Source of the DNA: Octopus vulgaris
Lineage: Eukaryota
Length of the DNA stretch: 64,000 nt
Direction of reading: 5' to 3'
Assembly: GCA_951406725.2 (NCBI GenBank)
Contig: OX597830.1
Span: 50,158,001 to 50,222,000 of the forward strand
Below the pieces are notes generated by a model that made no database searches, was not told where the DNA came from, and was given only the letters and a program-made list of their open reading frames with translations. Below, one piece after another: positions 56,621 to 64,000 of the stretch (position 1 is its first letter; each line of letters opens with the position of its first letter). The translations under genes and the position numbers were made by a program.

Positions 56621-57223
56621 TACACATGCACATATTTACTGTATGTGGAAGATGTGTGACTGTTAAGGGGCAGATAGTAACACTTCCACACACCATATGT
56701 GTGTGTGTGTGCATGTGAGTGTGTGTGTGTATACATACACATATCATTAATTCACTTTTACATCTGTTTTTTTATGCTGGTATGGGTTAGAGTGATACTG
56801 ATATAGATCACTGAGGTATTGCTTTACAGTTGGATGCTTTTCCTGTTGCTAACCTTTCCCTGTTTGTTCAAGTAAGGGATCATTTAATTTACATGCCTTC
56901 AAATTCCCTGTCAGCAAATCAATCTAGTCTGTCTGTCTCCCTCTCTTTCTTTCTCTTTCTCACTAGATATATATATATATCTTTTACCTCTTTTACTTGT
57001 TTCAGTCATTAGACTGTGGCCATGCTGGGGCACAGCGCTGAAAAATTCTTAGTTGAATGAATCAACCCTTGCACTCATTTTATTTTTATAAGCCTGGTAC
57101 TTATTCTATTAGTTTTGTTTTTTGCCAAACTGCTAAGTTACGGGGACACAAGCACACCAGCAATGGTTGTCAAGTGGTGGTGCATGTGTGTGTGTGTGTG
57201 TGTGGGGGGGGGACAAGGGACAA

Positions 57224-57254
<31 letters not shown>

Positions 57255-60200
57255 AAAAGAGAGACAATGGGTTTATTTCAATTTCCATCAACCAGATCCA
57301 CTCAGAAGGCTTTGGTCGACCCAAGGCTATAGTAGAAGATGTTTGCCCAAGGTACCACGCAGTGGAACTGAACTCAAAACCATGTGGTTGAGAAGCAAAC
57401 TCCTTACCACACAGCCATGTCAGCTCCTTTAACCACACCTGTATTCATCAAGCAAGCAATTGATCCAAAATATATGAAGCATTTCTTTCAGCTGCCATTT
57501 TCCAAATCCACTGACAAAGATTTGGTTGGTCTGGGTCTTCGGTAAAAGACACCTGCCCAAGTTAATGCACAATAGGATTGAACCCAAAGCCACATGGCTG
57601 AGAACCAAGCTTCTTAACCACTGAGCTACACTTATGACTTTACCAGAAATTTTACATAAATGTGGAAGAGGTGGGATATGTAACCTTTTACAGAAATTTG
57701 TACATTTTCGCTCCAGACTGAAAAAACTAACAGCACTGTATGCCTACAATCACAGCGATAGGCACCGAAAAAAGTTTCCTCATTTGAAAAATATATCGTT
57801 AGAATAATTATGTAAATCAATACAGTATTTTAGGAAAAGAAAAACAACCCTGTTTATTCAGAAAATAAAAAAGAAATTAAATGTTTATTTTCAGATCTTT
57901 GTGTTGTTTTCTGCATTTTTATGAAGTTCAACAATTCTGGGAGAATCAATATTCCCAGAATCACTGAACATCGTTGGCATCTTTTTAACAGCATTTTATC
58001 CAAAATATTGCAAATTCTCGTGATTATATGCATTTGAGTATTAATAATAAACCTGGCCAAGATTGGATTTAGCTTCTGGGATATTGGAGTGAATGCATGA
58101 TGCAAGTAGCAGAATACTGGAAGCAAGGTTGGGAGATGGTATACACTATATATATACACACACATATACATTGTCATTATCATTTAACATCTGTTGGTGT
58201 ACAAATGTGTTCATATATCTGTTTATCTTTGTGGACATGTTTGTGAGTTGGAATTGTGTTTATCAATATGTGAGTTTATGGGTATTTGTATGCATGCCAT
58301 GTGGTTGTGATCATGAGTATGTGTGTGTGTTTGTGTGTGTGTTTTTGTGCATGTGTGTATTTATGTATATTATATTATATTAGTGTGTGTTTGTATATTA
58401 GTAAGACTTGAAGAGAAGTTTTCTACCTTGCCTTTACCTCAAAGTATAGGGTTAACCATGAACATACTTATTATATATAAGTTATACATATATAAAATGT
58501 TATATGTATATATAATGTTCATTGCATTGCTTGTGTGTATATTTATCGTAAGATTGGTGGTTTTTTGAAGCTGTCGCTTTGATTTTTAGTAAGCGGTATT
58601 TTTACCCTTCTTTTCTTCAATTAGTTTATATTGTACCATCTCCCACAAGTCTTGCTAGCCACTTCATTATTACTGCTTATAACAGTAATAATACTCAAAA
58701 TAAGCAACAAGTATATCCAAGGTAGAGTAGTATAATTGTTTCATGCTACTTCATTTTATTAAACACTGTAAGTATTACATCAGTTTTAAAATGTCGAGCA
58801 ATCTTCAGCCACTTATAGAATTTTCCAATTAAACGGACAATACACATTCTTATCCCTATTTCATTTGCCAACATTATAAAGAGGGTAGATAGGCAAATAT
58901 AGATAGATGAATAGATAGATACATGTACATACATACATGCATGTATATACACATCTATATGTATGACATTGTTATATGTATTCAAAGCACATCAAACACA
59001 CACACACACAGAGCTTGTATATATACCATGGAAATAGTACGAAATACTTGAAAATAAATCCATAATTTGTTGGGGTGTGGTTAGGGTCTTATAGGATTGC
59101 TGTTAAGGTAATTGGGTAGAAAATATCGTTAAGGAATGTGAAACCATAAAGAAATGGGAAATTGAGAAAGTTAGGGAAACGCACAGAAGTCAAGGGAAGA
59201 TAGAATAAAAGAGAAATGAAAGAATAAAATGAGATTTAGAACAATGATAATGGAAGAATAAAAGATTTATATAAGTACTAAAACTGAGGGACATGTCTCT
59301 TAGCTTTCTCTTGCTTCAGTCATTGGAATACGGCCATGCTGGGGCTTGACTTGAAGGGTTTAGTTGAACAAAGAGAACCCTGTGGTTATTCTTTTTAAAA
59401 CCTGGCTCTTATTCTATCAGTCTTTTTTGCCAAACCACTAAGTTAGAGGGATGTAAACAAACCAACGCCAGTTGTCAAGTGATGGTTGAGGACAAACACA
59501 AACACACACACATACACACACACATATACATGACAGGCTTCTTTCAGTTTCTGTCGTCCACCAAATCCACTCATAAGGCTTTGGGTGGCCCAGGGCTATA
59601 GTAGAAGGCACTTGTCCAAGTTACCATGCCATGGGGCTGAACCCAGAACCCTGTGGTCAGAAAGAAAAAGTTCTTACAACACATCCACACTTGCATTCTG
59701 AGAAGGAAAATATAGAAAAATCTTTAGAATGTTGCCATATTCTGAACAAACAAATAATTGTAAAACATTAAACTGACAAAAGTAAAAAATTAATTAGAAA
59801 AAATATTGACATGTATATTGGATAGTGATAAGGGATAGATGAAATAACTGTAGGATATTGACATATAATTAATAATATATTACTAACGATGACAGGTTTG
59901 TAATGAGTTCTTTCCTACAAAATGAAATTTAATTCGGTTTCTGTTGTGTATATTTCCATTATGGAGTAGAGATCCTGTTTCTCAGAGATCCAGGAATAGC
60001 TATGATTAATATTTTGTTTACAGTTTTTGCACCCTGTCCAATTTCTCATATGGTTTTGACATTTGTATGGATATTTTTTAACTTCCAAATATATTTTCAT
60101 AAAGACGTTTCTACTCGTCCAGTGAGCCCTATATTGGTTATACATAATTTATTATCTTTCATCATTTCTCTTACTTGTTTCAGTCACTTAACTGCAACCA

Positions 60201-60840
60201 TGCTTGGGCATTGCTTTGAATGGTTTTTTTTTGCACACATCAAACCCAGAATTTATTGTCTGTTTTTTGAAGTTTGGCACTTATTCCATCAGTTTCTTTT
60301 TTCTGAATCTATAAGTTACAGGGATGTAAAAAAACCCAGCACAGGTTATCAAGTAGTGGGAATACAGACACAAACACAAAAACACACATACATATATGCA
60401 TATATATTTATTCTAAGATGTTAAATGCTATGGCTGGTGATAGATCTTGACTTCCTAAAAAATATATGCCAAAAAGAAGCACACGCTAAACCATTAGCGC
60501 AGTAATATTTTGGTATTTTGTTTGTCTTTACATTCTGAGTTCAAATTCCACCGAGGTTGACTTTGCGTTTCATCCTCTTAGGGGTCAATAAATTAAGTAC
60601 CAGTTGCGTACTGGGTCAATTTAATCGACTTGCCCTCTCCCAAAAATTTCGGGCCTTGCCCCTAGCGTAGAAAAGAATATATGAACTACTGATGATATAT
60701 ATACATATATATATATATATACACACACACACATATACATATATATATATATGATTTTGATTTTGATTTTTCCAGTTTCAGCTAATGAGCTGTGGCCATG
60801 CTGGGGCACCGCCATTTTGCATACATTTATATATATATAT

Positions 60841-61217
60841 GAGTTAGGTACAAAAAGTTCAGGGTGAATACTTGATAACTGTAAGCACCTGTATATGCCA
60901 GCTAGTGGTGTAGGTGATAGGATATATTTATCAAAAGAAAAACTGGATGCAAAGGATTTTGCGGTACATATGTTTTTGGCTTTATTGAACAATTTATATC
61001 AATGCATAATTGATATAACATGTAGGTCAACAGCCTTCTTCAGCCGCGTACAATTACCACACCAAAGACATGTATTATATTATAGCAGGTTTGAGAAAAA
61101 GTTTGGGAAAAAAATGAGTTTCATTGGGAAGGTAAATCCTTATAGTCGTATATGGCATAGCAAGACACCAAAACAAAACGTCCATACCGTTTTTTCACTC
61201 GATAAAGATTCTTTATC
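60841..61217 (-). mobile_element. Insert in (TA)n carrying a degenerate hammerhead with long stem II (Penelope-like)
   Basis: Minus strand: gcgg-CTGAAGA-a-ggct...(10-bp perfect hairpin ttatatcaat/attgatataa)...agcc-a-AAA-ACATATGT-A-ccgc at 60961-61047. Confidence 0.5.
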
Positions 61218-61232
61218 TTATATATATATAGA

Positions 61233-61296
<64 letters not shown>

Positions 61297-62394
61297 ATAT
61301 ATATAGATATATGTATATTTATATATATATAGATATGTATGTATGTATATATATATGCCAGCATAGAAGGTGAGTGATAGATGATGACAATGATGATATA
61401 TATATTTTTATTTACAATTATATACAATGGGTTTCTTTCAATTTCCATCTACCACATCCACTCACAAGGTTTTGGTTGGCCTGAGGCTATAGTAGAAGAT
61501 GCTTGCTCAAGGTGCTATAGAGTAGGTCTATAGGTCTGTGGATAAATGAGGGTACATTTTAGACACCCAAGGTGGAATTTGATTCCGAACGCAAATAGTC
61601 AGAACTAATATCATGAAACATCTGGCCTGATATTATTAAAGTTCCACCAACTAGTGCCATGGATTGGTACATTTTTATCGACTGAATTGGTGGAAAATTG
61701 GTTGGGTCATTAAAGCATCCAATTAACTTGTGGTGTTTGTTCAGACTCTTTTGAGATCTGAGATCAAATCCTGCTGAGGTCAGCTTTGTTTTTCATCCTT
61801 TCTGGGTTAAACATGTCATTTCTATTGATGAAATTAATTGGCAGAAGAAATTTCTAATTAAAAAAGTTGTGACATCATTGAATGTACTGGAGGGGTGGGA
61901 TGGGGGTTTAGAGAGAGTGGGTTGGAAGAAAGAGGGAAGTGAGAGGGGTGTTTTGAGTGGGAGGAGGAAGAGGAAGTGAGAGGAAGGAGTGAGCTGTGAT
62001 GTTGAACAGGATGACTAAGTGTTTAAAAGAACAGTCTCATCAGCTGAAGTATTGATGTGGTTATAGATGCAGTTTGTGTTGGGGAGAAAGAATGAGAGCA
62101 AGAGAGGGAGGGACAAACGGAAAGACAAGAGAGGCTTAGGGAGAGGGGGAGAGAGGGAAAACAGAAAGAATATGATATAGAGAGAGGAGGAGCTAGATGG
62201 AGAAATTGATAGACAAACAAAAGAGTGGCAGATCAACAATTGATACACTCACTCACACACGGACACACACACATTTTTGGATTAATATAATGAGTGTTTG
62301 AATAAAAATGTGTGTTATTGACACACTAATGATCTAAGATAACACTAGACAAATTAAACAAAGCATCTTTTGGAAACAAGGAGACTCTTCTTAC

Positions 62395-62496
62395 TGATTT
62401 CTTTGAAATTATGGTAAAGTGGTACAAACAAGCAGAAAAGAGGGAGAGTAAAGGGGAGGAGGTGTCCCTATGATAGAATGGACTCAGGGAAGAATG
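62395..62496 (-). other. Candidate 102-nt exon
   Basis: Acceptor ttcccttc-(T)n-cag; donor tca|GTAAGA; 100-nt intron from the 62597 exon. Confidence 0.4.
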
Positions 62497-62596
62497 CTGA
62501 AAAAAAAAAGAAGGGAACTGGGATTTGAACATTAATGCTTGTTTTAGGAAGAAATACATAAAAAAATTTTTTTAAAAGACAACATGGCTTACTCAC

Positions 62597-62665
62597 CGTT
62601 GTTGAAGAACTGGTAGAGAAATAAATTCCTTTTCAAATATAAACAAAGATTTTTTAGTCATCCAC
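62597..62665 (-). other. Candidate 69-nt exon (5'UTR/uORF or coding)
   Basis: Acceptor ctctt-ctttttttt-cttttttatccag, donor acg|GTGAGT; one open frame WMTKKSLFIFEKEFISLPVLQQ(R). Confidence 0.6.
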
Positions 62666-63530
62666 CTGGATAAAAAAGAAAAAAAAGAAGAGAATCAGAT
62701 GTGGCAACGCTGGGAACTTTCGGAAGACAGAGAAATTGCAAAAACAAAAAAATGGTGAAAAAGCAGCACCACAAACTAAAATGGTTAACCAACCTAAAGT
62801 TTAGAGATAATGTGAAAGACGCGGGGGGGGGGGGGGTTGATCTTTAAACAAAAAGCATCCCTACTTTAAGTCAGTGGACCTCTCTGAGACCTTACAACCT
62901 ATCCTTATAACAAGTTTCTTGAGAATTTTCTTTTATTTTTTTCTTGTTTCACATCCATTTTTTTTTCTCTGTTTTTTCTATGGCTGGCAAAGTTCTTATG
63001 TAGAGGAAGTTATTTTCACAGCTGGATAACGTTCCTTCCTACTGCTAACCACTCAACCATGAAGCAAGAAACTCTTCTTGTTTTTGCCAGTAGATGCAAG
63101 TTCAGTTAAGTAACTTGCTTAAGGACACAACACGCTAAGTCCAAAAATACAATCATGCATTCAGTAATTTATCTCAGCCACTAAGCCTCTGCTAATGAAT
63201 TGTTACTACCAGGAAGGTCCCAAGAATCTAAAGGCCAAGTATTTGATAATGTTACTTCTCTAATAATGGACTGAATTTGAAGGAAATTTTACCATGTTCC
63301 TACAGTGAACCATTCTCTGTCCATTTGGTGGAATGTTGTTCAGGGGATTAGAACATCAGACTGATAATTCTAGCACGTACGACAGTAAAGTGCTTGTTTG
63401 TACAAAGAGTTTGGCAACAGGATTAACACAACGAGGGATTTATCTCGAAGTACTTCAGCCGGATTAGAGGGATTTTCTGAGACTCAGCAGCTACACAAGA
63501 CAGGATTGAGTGATGACTACACTGTGGGAC

Positions 63531-63583
<53 letters not shown>

Positions 63584-64000
63584 TGTGTATGTGTGTGTAT
63601 GTGTGTGTGGTGGTATGTAGGGTACAGGTATTGGAATGTGTGTGTGGTGTATGCGAGTGTGTGCATGTAGATATTAGTGTGTTTCTGTGTGTGCTTCTGT
63701 GAGTGCTTCTGCATGCATGTGTGTGTATTTGTGTGTGGGTATGCGAGTGTGTCTATGTATGTGTGTGTATGGTGGTACAGGTGCCTGTGTGTGTGTGTAT
63801 GTGTGTGTGCATGCAGGTATTATTGTGTTTCTGCATGTGCTTCTGTATGTTGGTGTGTTTGTGTAGTTACTGGTATGTATGTGTGTAGGTATGTATACTT
63901 GTGTGTATGTGGCACAAGTGTATGTGTGTGCATGTAGCATATGTGACCCCTATGTGTGTATAGGAGCATATTTATATGTAGGAATGTGTGCATAGTGGTG

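Noticed and set aside
60100-60135. Minus-strand GAAACGTC suggesting another hammerhead
   Set aside because: No CUGANGA core at the right spacing and no stem I

Overview
AT-rich eukaryotic (animal) DNA, most likely intronic, dominated by (TA)n/(CA)n/(GA)n/(GAT)n microsatellites and dense, nested retrotransposon and DNA-transposon debris. The tRNA-derived SINE families resemble those I know from octopus, so I infer a coleoid cephalopod. There is no intact protein-coding ORF: almost all ORF-track entries are translated microsatellites. By hand translation I recognise decayed pieces of RTE (Rex3/Expander-like and a second RTE family), CR1-type and HERO-like (RLE) non-LTR retrotransposons and a DD37D/maT-type Tc1/mariner transposase, plus piggyBac-, hAT-, mariner- and Helitron-type non-autonomous elements. 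Four short minus-strand exon candidates with strong splice sites (62597-62665, 62395-62496, 35508-35518, 35364-35417) suggest a 5'UTR or lncRNA spanning much of the window. The most notable signal is a set of short inserts inside or against (TA)n tracts. Four carry minimal type-I hammerhead ribozyme folds with self-complementary stem III (13600, 30313, 48269, 60961), and four form long near-perfect palindromes (13518, 36381, 37272, 44101); the 13.5 kb insert has both. This fits Penelope-like retroelement termini targeting TA microsatellites. Other oddities: modular head/tail swapping among SINEs, SINE multimers with an identical junction at independent loci, a 76-bp target duplication, a stuttered templated duplication, and a 150-bp array with dimeric higher-order structure. 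All calls come from manual reading; coordinates of old repeats are approximate.
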